DNA from: Mobula hypostoma
Lineage: Eukaryota
Assembly (NCBI RefSeq): GCF_963921235.1
Contig: NC_086107.1
Span: 111,974,001-112,038,000 of the forward strand
Direction: 5' to 3'
DNA length: 64,000 nt
Positions 28,301-42,500 of this stretch are shown piece after piece. Position 1 is the first letter of the stretch. Each line of letters starts with the position of its first letter. Made by a program: the position numbers and the translations under genes. The notes below the pieces were generated by a model. The model was not told where the DNA came from, searched no databases, and worked only from the letters and a program-made list of their open reading frames with translations.

Positions 28301-30517
28301 GGTGCCTATCAATACTAGGGAAGTTAAAGTCACCCATGATAACAACCCTGTTATTTTTGCACCTTTCCAAAATCTGCCTCCCAATCTGCTCCTCGGTATC
28401 TCTGCTGCTACCAGGGTGCCTATAGAATACTCCCAATAGAGTAACTGCTCCCTTCCTGTTCCCGACTTCCACCCATACTGACTCAAAAGAGGATCTTGCT
28501 ACATTACCCACCATTTCTGGAGCTGTAATAGTATCCCTGACCAGTAATGCCACCCCTCCTCCCCCTTTTCCGCCCTCTCTACCCCTTTTAAAGCACTGAA
28601 ATCCAGTAATATTGAGAATCCATTCCTGCCCTGGTGCCAGCCAAGTCTCGTAATGGCCACTACATCATAATTCCATGTATGTATCCAAGCTCTCAGTTCA
28701 TCACCTTTGTTCCTGATGCTTCTTGCATTGAAGTACATGCACTTTAGCCCTTCTACTTTACTACCTTTACACCTTTCATTCTGTTTCTCTTTCCTCAAAG
28801 CTTCTCTAAATGTTGTATCTGGCTTTACTCCATGCACTTCTTTCACTGCTCTATCGCTCCCGGGTCCCATCCCCCTTGCAAATTAGTTTAAACCCTCCCG
28901 AACCATGCTAGCAAACCTACCTGCAAGGATATTGCTCCCCCTCGAGTTCAGGTGCAACCAATCCAATCTGTACCGGTCCCACCTTCCCCAGAAGAGATCC
29001 CAACGATCCAAAAATCTAAAACCCTGCTCCCTGCACCAACTCCTCAGCCATGCATTCAGCTGCCATCTCCTCCAATTCTTACCATCACTGTCACGTAGCA
29101 CTGGCAGCAATGCTGAGAACGCCACCCTTGAGGTCCTGTTCTTCAGCCTTCTGCCTAGTTCCCGAAACTCACACTTCAGGACCTCATCCCTCTGATATAT
29201 ATCTGATCAATTTCAAAACTGAAGAGGAAGTTGGATAGGGACATGGATGGGAGGAATATGGAGGGTTATGGTGCTGGTGCAGGTCAATAGGACCAGGCAG
29301 AGTAGTTCTGCACAGAGTAGATGAACCAAAGGGCCTTTTCTGTGCTGTAGTGTTTTATAACTCTATGACTCTATACCAGTTGTGGAGGTTTGAGCATATA
29401 TGAAACTGCTGATCTCCTGGGATTTTCATGCACAATGGTCTCTAGATTTTACAGAGAATGGTGCAAAGAACAAAAAAACATCACTGAGCAGCAGTTCTGT
29501 TGGTGAAAACACCTTGTTAATGAGAGAGGTCAGAGGACAATGGCCAGACTGGTTCAAGCTGACAGGAAGACAACAGTAACTTAAATAACCACACATTACA
29601 ACAGTGGTGTGCAGAAGAGCACCTCTGAATGCACAACACGTTGAACGTTGAAGTGGATGGGCTACAGCAGCAGAAGACCATGAACATACACTCAGTGGCC
29701 ATTTTATTAGGAACAAGGGGCACATAATAAAGTGGCCAGAGTCCACGTATGTCAGTGATAATAAACCTCATTCTATTTCTAAAGCTGATTCAGTCTAATA
29801 AATCAAAATATCAGAAACCTGGGACTGTAGTACAATGAGAAACACTGACTCACAGTAAAGCTGAATTTACAGTCATAGGCTCAAATACATCTATGCACAG
29901 GTGCAATGGAGAACTTCTTTGCAACAGCATCACGGGCAAGTACCAAAGGATTCAAAGTACGTTTATCATCAAAGTATGTATGCAGTATACAACCCTGAGA
30001 TTCGTTGTCCCCATTGACAGCCACGAAACAAGGAAAGCTATGGAACCTATTCATAGAAAAACATCAACTCACCCCCCTTATGCGTAAAAAGCAAATCGCA
30101 ACTGTGTTCAGATCAGCTCAGTGTTCATTATCTGCAGGCCACCCCAATTCAAAGTCGCCAAAAGATAGCAACAGAAAAATGAACGACCAGAAACCAGAAA
30201 ACACAACATAATATGAACTATCACCACTTAAACTTTGCTCTGGCATCATCCTCCGACAGCATCGAGGCAGAAAGAGATCATTCAAGTGCAGTGGCCTTCC
30301 TCCGGCAGCAGTGAGCGAGAGGGAGAGAGTGAGAGAGAGAGGGAGAGTCACACACAGACCCCTTCCTCCGGCAGCAGTGAGCGAGAGGGAGAGAGTGAGA
30401 GAGAGAGGGAGAGTCACACACAGACCCCTTCCTCTGGCAGCAGTGAGTGAGAGGGAGGGGGGAGGAAGAGAGAGAAAGAGAGGGAGAGGGAGAGGGAGAG
30501 GGAGAGGGGGGGAGAGG

Positions 30518-30564
<47 letters not shown>

Positions 30565-33500
30565 TCACACACAGACACCTTCCTCTGACAACAATGAGGG
30601 AGAGAGAGAGAGAGAGTGTCACACACAGACACCTTCCTCCGGCAACAGTTGCTCACCTTCCACACTCGCCTCAAAGTTTTCAATCTTCCTGGAAGCGAGA
30701 TCAGCAAGAAATGGAGTCGATCATGGCATAGCATCAGGTGAGCAGTATTCGCACGAGAAACATCTAAGTAAACGTTTTTTCCGCAAGAAAGGGGGCTAGG
30801 CCACTGCAGTTAGATAACGGCAGCAGCAGTTATGGGGTGAGTGGGGTCTTTTACGCGGATTGGCTCATCCCTTGTTTACCTGATAACATGTCCCAAACTC
30901 CTTCTAGTGGGATAACCATGTATTTTTTCATATTTACAGCCATTATCATTGGAGCGACTGTGGGCCCTCTGCTGGGTCTGATCCTAATTGGAGTATTACT
31001 GTTCTTCTATAGAGTCAGATTTCGGAGGTAAGAGGACTTACTCAGTGATGGTAATGAACGTGTACTGATGGAGATTTAAAGAAACTTGACGATGCCCAAA
31101 CCTTCTCACCACTGATAGCAACACTAACAGATGGAGAACTGCAATTGATATTGTTTCCTGACCCTGGAGGCCTGCCTCACTCAAGTTATGTTGACTTTTT
31201 CCTCTCTTCATTCCGGTGTAAAATGTTTGAAGTATTTTCTCTCCAGTTATTTTTAGAAGAGTATAAGAGAAAATACAAAAATCTGAGGAGCAAAGGGGCT
31301 TGGGAATCCTCATGCAGGATTACCTAAAGGTTAATTTGCAGTGTGAGTCTGTGGTGAGCAAGGCAAATGCAATGTTAGCATTAATTTCAAGAGGACTAGA
31401 ATATAAAAGCAAGGATGTAATGTTGAGACTTTATAAAGCACTGGCCTGACTTGGAATATTGTGAGCAGTTTTTGGCCCTTTGTCTTAGAATGGATGTGCT
31501 GAAACTGGAGAGGATTCAAAGGAGGTTCACAAAAATGATTCCAGGACTGAGTGGCTTGTCATATGAAGAGCATTTGATGGCTCTGGGTCTGTATTCATTA
31601 GAATTCATAAAAATGAGGGGTGATCTAATTGAAACCTATCAAATGGTGAAAGGCTTTGATGGAATGGATATGGAGAGGATGTTTCCTCTGGTGGGAGAGG
31701 CTAAGACCACAGGACACAGCAGCAGCATAGATACCCGTCCTTTTAGAAAGATGAGAAGGCATCTCTTTACCAGAGAGTGGTGAATCTGTGGAATTAGTTC
31801 CACAGGCAGCTGTGGAGGCCAAGTCTTTATGTATATTTAAGGCAAAGGTTGATAGGTACTTGATTGGTCAGAGCATGAAGGGTTATGGGGAGAAGGCAGG
31901 AGATTGGGATTGTGAGGGAAAATGGATCAGCTATGATGAGATGGCGAAGCAGACTCGATGGGCTAAATGGCCTAATTCTGCTCCTACATGTTATGGTCTG
32001 AGGGCCATGTACTTCAGCAACACTTTTTATTTGGACCTGCACCACATACTGATAATCCTACGCTCACTCACCTGTATCTTGGCTAAGTAGACCCTCAATT
32101 TTAGTAAAATTATTTTGTTTCTACATCCTGTCTTGGGCCCATCACTTCCTGTTTCTATAATCCCCTCCAGTCCCAGGATTGTTCAGGATCTGCACTCAGT
32201 GGCTACTTTATTCGGCACACCTGTACACATGCGCATTAATGCAAATATCTTATCAGCCAATCCTGTGGCAGCACTTCAGTGCATAAAAGCATGCAGACAT
32301 GGTCAAGAGGTTCAGTGGCTGGGCTGAAGGTCCAGCTGGAGACTGGCAGTTGGGGCTGTTGATTGAATGGGTGGGGTCTTGGGCATGGAGGAGCCTAGTA
32401 GTTTGGAAAGGGTTAGTTTGTGGCCTATGGCTGTAAAAGGGAGGGGAGGGGTTGAGATTGAAGGAGGAGGGCAGGAGACTGTGGAATACTCCAGAAGTAA
32501 GGGTAGCCAAAAAAGGGGTGTATCAAGTGGAAGACCCGAAGTAATGGGAGACAACAAATTGAAGAAAATGGGTGAATTGGAGGAATTTATAGTTCTGTAT
32601 AAAATTAAAGGTCAGAAGGAAGAGGAAGGAGGATTTAGAGCCCTTAATCCTTTGAAATTGTCAGCAGCATTAGAGAACCAAATAGGTAAAGGATTCCCGA
32701 CCAAGATTTTTTCTAATGGATTGCTGAAAATTTGTTGCAAAGATGTTGACCAATATAACAGTGCTAAAATGGTGGGAAAATTGGTTGTTAAAGTGGAGTG
32801 TATTACTCCATAAGGAAGGGAGTTAGGGGGGTAGTGTATGGTATTTGGTCTGGCATGACTGAAAAGGAAATTTTGGACAATATTAAAGGTGGTCGAGTGA
32901 TTGAAGCCAAACGATTAAAATCAAGAGAAGACGGTGATTGGGATTCTCCTGTTCTTCTGGTTTTTGCAGGTGATGTTCTTCCAACTAGAGTCTATCTTGG
33001 GTGCATGTCTTATCAAGTTAGAGAATACATTAGACCTTCCTTGTGCTGTTATAATTGCCAGAGATATGGACACGTTGCTGGTTCATGTCGAGGTAAAAGA
33101 AGATATATGAAATGTGGAGAGGATCATGATATTAAAGCATGTAAGGCAGCGGTGCCTAAATGCAGTAACTGTGGAGGGGACCATATAGCGGCATTCAGAG
33201 GATGTGAGCATTTTAGTAAGGCAAAGCAGATTCAGGATGTTAGTATCCAACAAAAAATATCATATGCTAAGGCAGTGAAGAAAGTTGATGGAGAGCAAAG
33301 GATAAGTAAAGAAAAAATTGGAATGATGGAGAGTCAGTACATTCTGAGTTCTCCAATTATGGTTCATTCAGGCATGTTGTTGACGACTAAAGAGTCTTTT
33401 TTGGCGTTTGTTGTTGATGTACTGGTTGGGGCCAAAACTACAACCAAGAGGTTGGATATAATAAAAGTAGTTGTTGGAGCTGCCGAGAGATTCCTTAATA

Positions 33501-36500
33501 TAAAACAGATTTTGCCAGAAAAATTACATGAGTATATGACAGACAAACAATCAATGAATACTTCCCAGTTGTCAGGATCAGAGAGTACAGAGGAGCTTTA
33601 TGTGGATGAAGAGGCCAATAATTAGTATTTGGATGTTTTTAATATTACAATGTAATGCAAGAAGTTTATCTGCAAATGGTCAAGAATTAAAAAGATTTGT
33701 TGGAACTTTTAAAGACAAGCCTGATTTGATCTGTATACAGGAGACATGGTTAAAGCCTCATTTAGATTTTGTGATCCCTGGATATGACAGTTTGAGAGCT
33801 GACAGAACAGGCAAATCTGGTGGAGGGTGTGCAACTTTCATAAAAACAGGACTCCAGTTTAGAAGACTTGATTTAACCTTGAAATTGTGGCTGTGGAGGT
33901 TTGGAGCTCTCGTGGTCAAATAACTTCCATTAACTTTTTTAATCCAGGTAATATGATGTTATCAGATTTGGATGAAATTATGAATAAGGTAAGATCCCCA
34001 GTAATCTGGGTGGGAGATTTCGATGCCCATAATCCTATATGGGGTAGTGAAAGTAAAGATAGTAATGGAGTGGTGGTGGAGGAGTTTCTAGATAAATACA
34101 ACATGGTACTGCTAAATGACGGAAGGCCTACAAGATTTAATATTGTAAAGAATATTTGTAGTCACTTAGACTTGTCTATCACTTCCTCAAACTTAGCTAG
34201 GGTTGGGGAATGGGATGTTATGGTCAGATACACAGTAGGAAGTGATCACTATCCTACATTATGTAGATTTGGTAGAAATTTGATAGTAGAAGTTGAGGAG
34301 AGGTCTGCTAGGTATAATTTTTCTTTGGCCCATTGGGATGAGTACCAGGAGAAACCTGTGGATATAATAGAAGAGATTAATAGCGAGAGCTCCATAGACA
34401 ATTGGAATGAATCCCTCTGTTCTGTAATTCATAAAGTTGCTCAGTTGACTATTCTGCTACAGAATGTTCCTAAGGCTTGAGCATTAGTTCCGTGGTGGAA
34501 TAAAAATGGTGATATAGCAGTAAGAAACAGAAATAGAGCTTACAGGAAATTAAGAAAGTACCCAATGTTAGATAATGTTATGGAGTATAAAAAGGAAAGA
34601 GCAGTAGCAAGGAGAGTAATTAAAAATGCAAAGAGGGATAGTTGGAGAAGATTTTGTGGAGCCCTGAGCCCTGAGACACCTATAAAGCAGTTATGGATGA
34701 TCATTCACAGTATAGCAGGGATATATAGGAAACCATCTGTCCCAGCTTTGCTGGAAGGAGATATTGAAGCTGTAACCAATAAGGAAAAGGCTGATATGTT
34801 TGTAGAGGTGTTCCAAGCGTTACACAGTTCTGGAGAGTTAGGTGATTTGAGAAAGGAAATTATGTTAAAGGAAAGTTGGAAATTGGACAGGAGTTTGGAT
34901 GATAATAGCTCCATAAATTTGTTTTTCTCCCTTCAGGAATGGCAGGAAGCTGTCCAATCAGGTTCAAACACTTCTCCTGGTAGGGATGGACTGTGTTATG
35001 AATCGCTTAAGCATTGAGATGGCTCTGTATTAATAGAAATACTAGCATTGTTTAATTCAGAGTGGAAAGAAGGAAAATTACCAGTAGAATGGAAGCATGC
35101 GGTGGTAGTTCCAGTTTTAAAGCCAGGTAAGGACGCGTCTAGTCCTAGTTCGTATCGGCCTATAGCTTTAATGCCAGTGCTTTGTAAAATTATGGAACGA
35201 ATGGTCACCAACAGACTTGTTTATATTTTGGAAAATAAGGGACATTTTGCTGCATATCAAAGTGGTTTCAGAACTGGAAGATCAACAATGGAATCTGTTG
35301 CCCTTTTAGATCATGATATTAAAAAAGCATTTCAAAATAGAGAAGTAATGGTAAGTGTATTTCTAGATATTGAAAGAGCATATGACTTATTATGGAAGGA
35401 TAGCTTATTAATTAAACTCTATGATGCGGGAATTAGAGGTAGAATGTTTAATTGGATCAAAAATTTCCTTAAGGAAAAGACAATTCAAGTAAGAATAGGC
35501 GGAACAAGCTCCAAGTCAGTTAAAATAGGTAATGGTACCCCTCAAGGAAGTGTCATTAGTCCAGTTCTTTTTAAGGTCATGATAAATGATATCTTTGATC
35601 AGGAAGGGACAGGATTTGGCAAATCATTGTTTGCAGACAATGGTGCAATCTGGAAAAGAGGAAGAAACATCGAGTATATATCAAGGCAGCTACAAAAGGC
35701 TTTAAGATCAGTTGAAAACTGGGCTAATAAATGGGGTAACACACATAAAAGTTGCTGGTGAACGCAGCAGGCCAGGCAGCATCTCTAGGAAGAGGTACAG
35801 TCGACATTTCGGGCCGAGACCCTTCATTAGGACTCAAGGGTCTTGGCCCGAAACATCGACTGTACCTCTTCCTAGAGATGCTGCCTGGCCTGCTGCGTTC
35901 ACCAGCAACTTTTATGTGTGTTGCTTGAAATTCCAGCATCTACAGATTTCCTCGTATTTGCAGTAATAAATGGGGTTTCAGGATTTCTGCTTCTAAGTCC
36001 AAATATATGATTTTTGGCTTTAGAAGAAAGATTCCTGATTGTGAATTGTGTCTATATGATTCTCCACTAGAAAAAGTCAAGGTATTCAAGTTTTTAGATG
36101 TCTGGTTTGATGAAAGACTTACTTGGAGGGTTCATATAGATAAAACAATTGGAAAGTGAGAAAGTTTTAAATGTTATGAGAAGTATTGCTGGATGCGACT
36201 GGGGAGCAGGGCGGGAAACTATGTACTTAATATATCTAGCTATGATTAGATCAGTTATTGATTATGGTTGTATTGCTTATGGTTCCACTGCTACGGCAGT
36301 GCTTAGAAAACTAGACACTGTGCAATCCAAAGCACTTAGACTCTGTTGTGGAGCTTTTAGAACATCAGTCCCGGTATTATATATGGAGATGGGAAAGTGC
36401 CTCTACATTTAAGACGAATTCAGTTGGGCCTGCAGTATTGGGCAAAACTAAATGGATTCAATCACAGCTGTTTGCCAAAGTGTCTTTTTTAGGGGAAGTT

Positions 36501-39500
36501 GGAGTGCCAAAGTAAAATTAAAAGATGTCCATTTTTAGATTTGGTTAATAACTGGGCTGTGAAATTGAAACTGACTGAGGAAGACATAGTTGACCAAATT
36601 TGCTTGCCACCCGTCCCTTTTTGGCTCTTGCCGGAACCAGAAGTAGTCCTATTCCTCCTTTTTCAGCTTTAAGGAAGCAGAGCAATTTCATCAGCGTTCA
36701 TCACAAATGAATATTTAAATAATAAATGGGGATCTTATCTGAAGATTTTTACTGATGGCTCAGTGGACCCAGAGAGCAGTAGGCAGGGTTTGGGATGTAT
36801 ATGTCTCAACTTGGAGTTAAGTTTGGTCACCAGGTTTCAGAAGGTGTTTCTATCTTTGCAACAGAATTACTAGCAATCCTCTGGGCTTTATGGTAAATAG
36901 AAGACTCTCAACCATGTAGGGTTATCATCTGTTCAGATTCTGCCGCTGTCTTAGAGGCTATAAAAGGAATAAATCAAAAGCTCATCCTGAAATAGTTATT
37001 GAGATTCTCTTAGTGTTGTTTAGAGTAGGGAAGATGGGTTGTGCAGTTAGATTTTCATGGATACCTGGGCATGCTGGGGTGGAGGGAAATGAAATTGTGG
37101 ATGGCATTGCAAAGTTTTCCTTACAGAGCAGGCAAGTAGAAATTAGAGCTCCCCTAGGCAAAGCAGAATTGAGATGTAGGATTAAAAAAGGTATAGAGAA
37201 TAAGTGGCAGGAGGATTGGAAAAATGAATTAAGGGGCAGGCATTATTTTTCTAGTCACCCACTGGTTAAAAAGGTCTCAGACTGTTACCTTTCAAATCGT
37301 AGAGATCTGGAGAAATTAACAAGACTTAGGTTGGGGCATTGTGGGCTAAACTATTATTCAAAGATAATAGGAAAACATCCTACTGGATTATGTGACCGTG
37401 GTAGTCCAGAGACAGTCCAGCATGTTTTGCTGAGCTGTAATAGATACAAAATTGAAAGAAGCATGTTGTTCAAGAGGCTATCTGGCTTAAATGTACTTTG
37501 GTTTCCTATTAAATCTTTGTTTGCCCATCATGAGAACCAACATCTGATTGAAGAGTTTATTATTCAGTTTATACATGAGACTAGGTTATATTCGAGAATT
37601 TGAGTTCCTTGAAGTTCTATAATTACACATCCTGCAGAGGGCAGTAATCCGCCTAGATGCGTCTAAACCGCCGGAAATAGAAGAAGAAGAACTTCAGTTG
37701 TTGTTCAGACTGAACATCAGAGTGGGGAAGAAATGTGATCTAAGTGGCTTTGACCATGGAATGATTGCTGGTGTCAGATGGGGTAGTTTGAGAATCTCAA
37801 ACTGCTGATCCCCTGGGATTTTCAGTCTTTAGATTAGATTAGATTAGATTGAGGACACGCAGTCCTCTTTTATTATCATTTAGTAATGCATGCATTAAGA
37901 AATGATACAATGTTCTTCCAGAATGATATCACAGAAACACAAGACAAACCAAGACTAAAAAACTTACAAAGTTTGTACAAAAACCACATAATTATAACAT
38001 ATAGTTACAATAGTACAAAGCAATACCGTAATTTGATAGAAGAACAGACCATGGGCACGGTAAAAAAAAATCTCAAAGTCTCTCGAAAGTCCCATCATCT
38101 CACGCAGATGGTAGAAGGAAGAGAAACTCTCTTCCTGCCATGAGCTTCCAGCGCTGCAAACTTGCTGATGCAGCACCCTGGAAGCAGCCGACCACAGCCG
38201 ACTCTTGAGTCTGTCCAAAAATGTCAAGCCTCCGACCAGCCCTCCGACACCGAGCACCAAGCACCATCTCTGCCAAGCGCTTCGACCTCGGCCCCGGCAA
38301 CAGGCAAAGCCAAGGATTTGGGGCCTTCCCCTCCAGAGATTCTCGATCGCGCAGTAGCAGTGGCAGCAAAGCGGGCACTTCAGAAGTTTCTCCAGATGTT
38401 CCTTCGTGCTTCTCATGGCTGTCTCCATCAAATCAGGATTGTGCACGGCATCCTACTTACAAATACGATAGTGTACACAGGGAACGGTGTGAGAAACAAA
38501 AAGACATCCAGTGAGTGGTAGTTCTGTGGGTGAAAATGCCAGACGACAGAGAAAAATAGCCGGAATGGTTCAAGCTGACAGGAAGGCGACAGTAACTCAA
38601 ATAACAACATTACAACAGTGGTGTGCAGGAGAGCACCTCTGTGTGCACAACACATTGAACCTTGAAGAGGATGGGCTACAGCAGCAGAAGACAATGAACA
38701 TACACTCAGTGGCCATTCTATTAGGTACAGGGGGTAGCTAATAACATGGCCACTGAGCGTCTACACTCCCCTAAACTTATCATCCATGGATCAATCTACG
38801 CCTCAAATTCTGGTATTTCTTCCTAAAACTCTCTACCTCTGTTTTTCTTTAGTCCTATAGGACCCAATTTAATATACAGATCAACATCAATTTCTGTTGC
38901 AGAATGTCTTAAGAAATTTTAATATATTACAGTGATAGAAATTGACATTAACAAGTCATTTTTATCATTCCAGGATGAATCGTGAGTCAGAATTTTTATC
39001 AACGATTGCCCTTTCTTCAGCATACAAGTACGTGGATTTTTTTTGTGTTCTTGATGACTTGGGTTGTCTCCCTCCCCTACCTCCACCACTGTCTATGATA
39101 CTGCAGCTGCTGTCTCTCCATCAGTGCTGGCTGTACTCTGAATTACATTGGCCCCTCTCTCTAATTTAATAGCATCTTGCCTGAAGCCCTCCACTGTTCA
39201 GGGGCCGACCAAGGACATTGCTTTTTAGTCATTTACGTGATACGCAAGTCAGAGCGCAACTATGTGGAGAGCAAGCTGCTTCCCATGTAGCAGGCTCCCC
39301 CTCTCCACACAGCTGATGAATCCAGAGGAACGGCAGAGACTGATACATTCAGACACCAGTGGTATTGCAGGGGTTGCTGATCAGCATAGGACTGCCTTAG
39401 GGACTTTAGCTCTAGACTTTTCCTTGGGGTTTGCTCCCCATGAGTGGCTATAGCTGACAGGCAGAGGAGGTTTGAGATGAGTTTTCCTTCTAGATGAGCT

Positions 39501-42500
39501 GCCAACAATGGCTGATGAGTCCCATCTGCCCAAAGTGACTGGTGTTCAGGTGCCAGTAATCCTACTTTGCCCATTCTGCCAGTGTAAATGGTTCCCGCAG
39601 GCTTAGTAACTAAGCCGTGAGTTAGCTACGCCAGAGGCGATTTGAGATGCATACCATTGGGAACATTCAATAGTAGTAGGAGCTATTCGCCACTGCCTTC
39701 CCTGGCTATAACAACCTTACACAGCCACGCAGCTGGTAGCTTGCAGACTGATATTGCACCAAGCAGTGGTATAATGCCCAGTGATATGTGTGTACTATCT
39801 GACCTACTGAATTCCTCCAGCATTTTGTGTGTGTTGCTTTGGATTTCCAGCATCTGCAGAAATTCTTGAGTTCATGATTAAGGGATGAGTCACTGCAAAA
39901 CAGTACAACTGCCCTTGACAACAAGGCCAAAGGCCTTTTGATGGGAGCAAAGAAAGAATGCATGGTCTTGGTCTTTTGTTTCATTTGAAAGATGAGAGAG
40001 AAGGCTAAGACTCTTTTAATATTGCAGAACTTGCTCAAGGTAACACTGAAACATAAGCCTAGAGTTTCGTGTTAGGTTTGCATTGCAGAACCTAATGAGT
40101 CAGCACTAGCTGAGTTAGGGTGAACATCTGAATCAAGTAAAGTCACCTACACTTTGTTTTGCTCCCCAGGCCCATCCCCGTGAGTGAATACAAGAGCTAC
40201 GTGCTGTGCAACAAAAACATTGGCTTTTCTAGCGAATATCGGGTGTGTATGTTTCGTTGAAATATTCACTTCAAACTCCTGAGAACTTGCTTAACTAGAA
40301 AGTGCAGAGCATTGTCAAAGGCAGGTGATGAACACATTGTACAAGTGAATGAGAACTATGGTGGTCCTTGATGAAGTCCTGATGAAGGATCTCAGCCTGA
40401 AATGTCAACTGTTTACTCTTTTCCAGAGATGCTGCCTTACATGCTGAGTTCCTCCAGCATTTTGTGTGAGTTGCAGAGATTTCCAGCATCTGCAGATTTT
40501 GTCATCTAAGGACCATGGTGGGCAGGGACCCACCAGTGCATTACCAATGAATGCAAGTGCAGGTGTGCTGCCCAAGTACAGCCCTTCTCAATCTTTTTAG
40601 TACAAGATCATCCAAGCACTGAACTTCGTTTTGCAACCCCAAATCGATGTAGTCATCATGTCCTTGATTAGCTTCCAATGCAAGTTCAGGTTATATTACA
40701 ATAATATTGTATTACAGCTGGCTCAATAGCACTACAGTTAACATAACGCTTTACAGCACCAGCGGCCCGTTGTCTGTAACGAGATTGTACACTCTCCCCA
40801 CAACCGTGTGGGTGTCTTCCAGGTTTCCCGGTTTCCTTCCACATCCCATTTACATAGGTTAGTAGGTTAATTGGGCAAAGAAGGCTTGTTGGGCTGACAG
40901 GGTCTGTTACTGTGCTATATCTATAAATGAGCATCAAAAGATTGTTAAATAGCGAAACTCTTGCTGATGCTAAGTCCCTTGCTTGCCAATTGAACAGATC
41001 AATAATAATGGATACTCAAGTATCTTTTTCTTCTTCTTGGCCCCTTAGCTCCCAGTGGAGCATAGGCCATCGATGACTTCCTGTCTCCATTGAACTCTGA
41101 TCTGACCTAGTTGCTTGAGGGGGCACCTGGGGTGTCCCCGTTGTCTAATTTCGGCCTCGACGTCTCTCCTCCATGTCCTTTTTCCTTTTTCCTTGGGGAT
41201 TCCATTTTAATGCCTGCCGAGGGATGGTGCTGGTTGGCTTCCTCGAGATGTGGCCAATCCACTTCCACTTCTGTTTGTATCTCTATGGATTCCTGGTTGG
41301 TGTTTTCCCCACAGGGCCTGTCAGTCCATCTGATGTTTAGGATCCTTCTCGGGCACTGATTGATGAAAGCTTGAGGTGTTATTTTCCTGTCTGGTACATG
41401 GTTCCCACACAAAGCCCAAGACAGATAAATGAGCTTTGATGACAAAAGAGAAGTTGGCCATGCAGGATCCTGATGGCTTTCCCTGTGCTGTGCCATGTGC
41501 TCACTCGATGATAAAACCCTTCTCACAAAGTCGATAGTATGGTTGGAGTTCATCAATGTTTTTGTAACCATTGTATCCACTGTACAGGGGATTGGCCTAC
41601 AGAGCTTCACCAGAGCCCTGTTGGCCAGCCTCGCCTGTTTCCACCTCTCGAGACGGGATGTTGAGTTGGAATTTGAGAGGCACTCAAGTATCCTTCCACT
41701 CCACGTTTAATTTTTGCCTTTCCAAGATTGGGGAAGCACTTCCCAGGACATGTACCACCACTTCCGGATGTTCTCCTTCACCCTTGAGGATTCCTTGTAA
41801 TCGGTCCGTGACGTCCTGGATCCTGGCACCAGTGAGGCAACACATGATGATGTATCTGTGAAATTCATTGCCACAGGTGGCTGTGGAGGCCAAGTCATTT
41901 AAAGCGGAGGTTTATAGTGTTACATTTTGTAACTTCAAAACATTAAACTAATTTCAAGGAAGACACAAGAGTCTGGGAACATGGATCTAGCTTCATCTTT
42001 ACTTTTAACAAGGCGCGCACGGATCATGTGGTAGCGTGATGACTTATGTAATTATCATAGTTTTACATATAACCCATAATTAATTATTTAAACAAACAAG
42101 AAAGCTTAATTAACCTATATATATACTAGATCCCTCAAATATTACTTAAATATTAAATACCTAACATATAGGTTCTTGATTAGTCGAGGCATCAAAAGTC
42201 TCAGGAGAATGGGGTTGAGAGGGCTAATAAATCAACCATGATGGAATAAGCAGACTCAATGGGCTGAATGGACTAATTCTGCTCCTACATCTTGTAGTCT
42301 TAAAACTGAAAGTTCTGAAAGACTGCGATTACCTTTGTCAGTTGTCTAATCTGTGGATTGTGATGACTAAGGAGAGGGAGGTTGAATCCCTTTGGTTCCC
42401 CTATAGCTGAAAGTAATCAGGAATTACTTCCTTATTTTGTTACTGTTCCTCATTTAGACAATAGACAATAGACAATAGGTGCAGGAGTAGGCCATTCGGC

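Larger units (their letters stand above)
32193..38760 (+). mobile_element. Tc1-like non-autonomous element split into 32193-32316, 37693-37826 and about 38470-38760 by later insertions
   Basis: Terminal motif cactcagtggc...ttatt at 32193 and its reverse complement near 38757; sequence resumes across the Nimb TSD. Confidence 0.6.

Noticed and set aside
30118..30799. ER/SL-rich ORFs
   Set aside because: Translations of the GA-rich minisatellite
42431..42457. Acceptor-like tract ending catttag before the large CR1
   Set aside because: The AG is created by the CR1 tail; rejoining the flanks at the cattta TSD gives no exon
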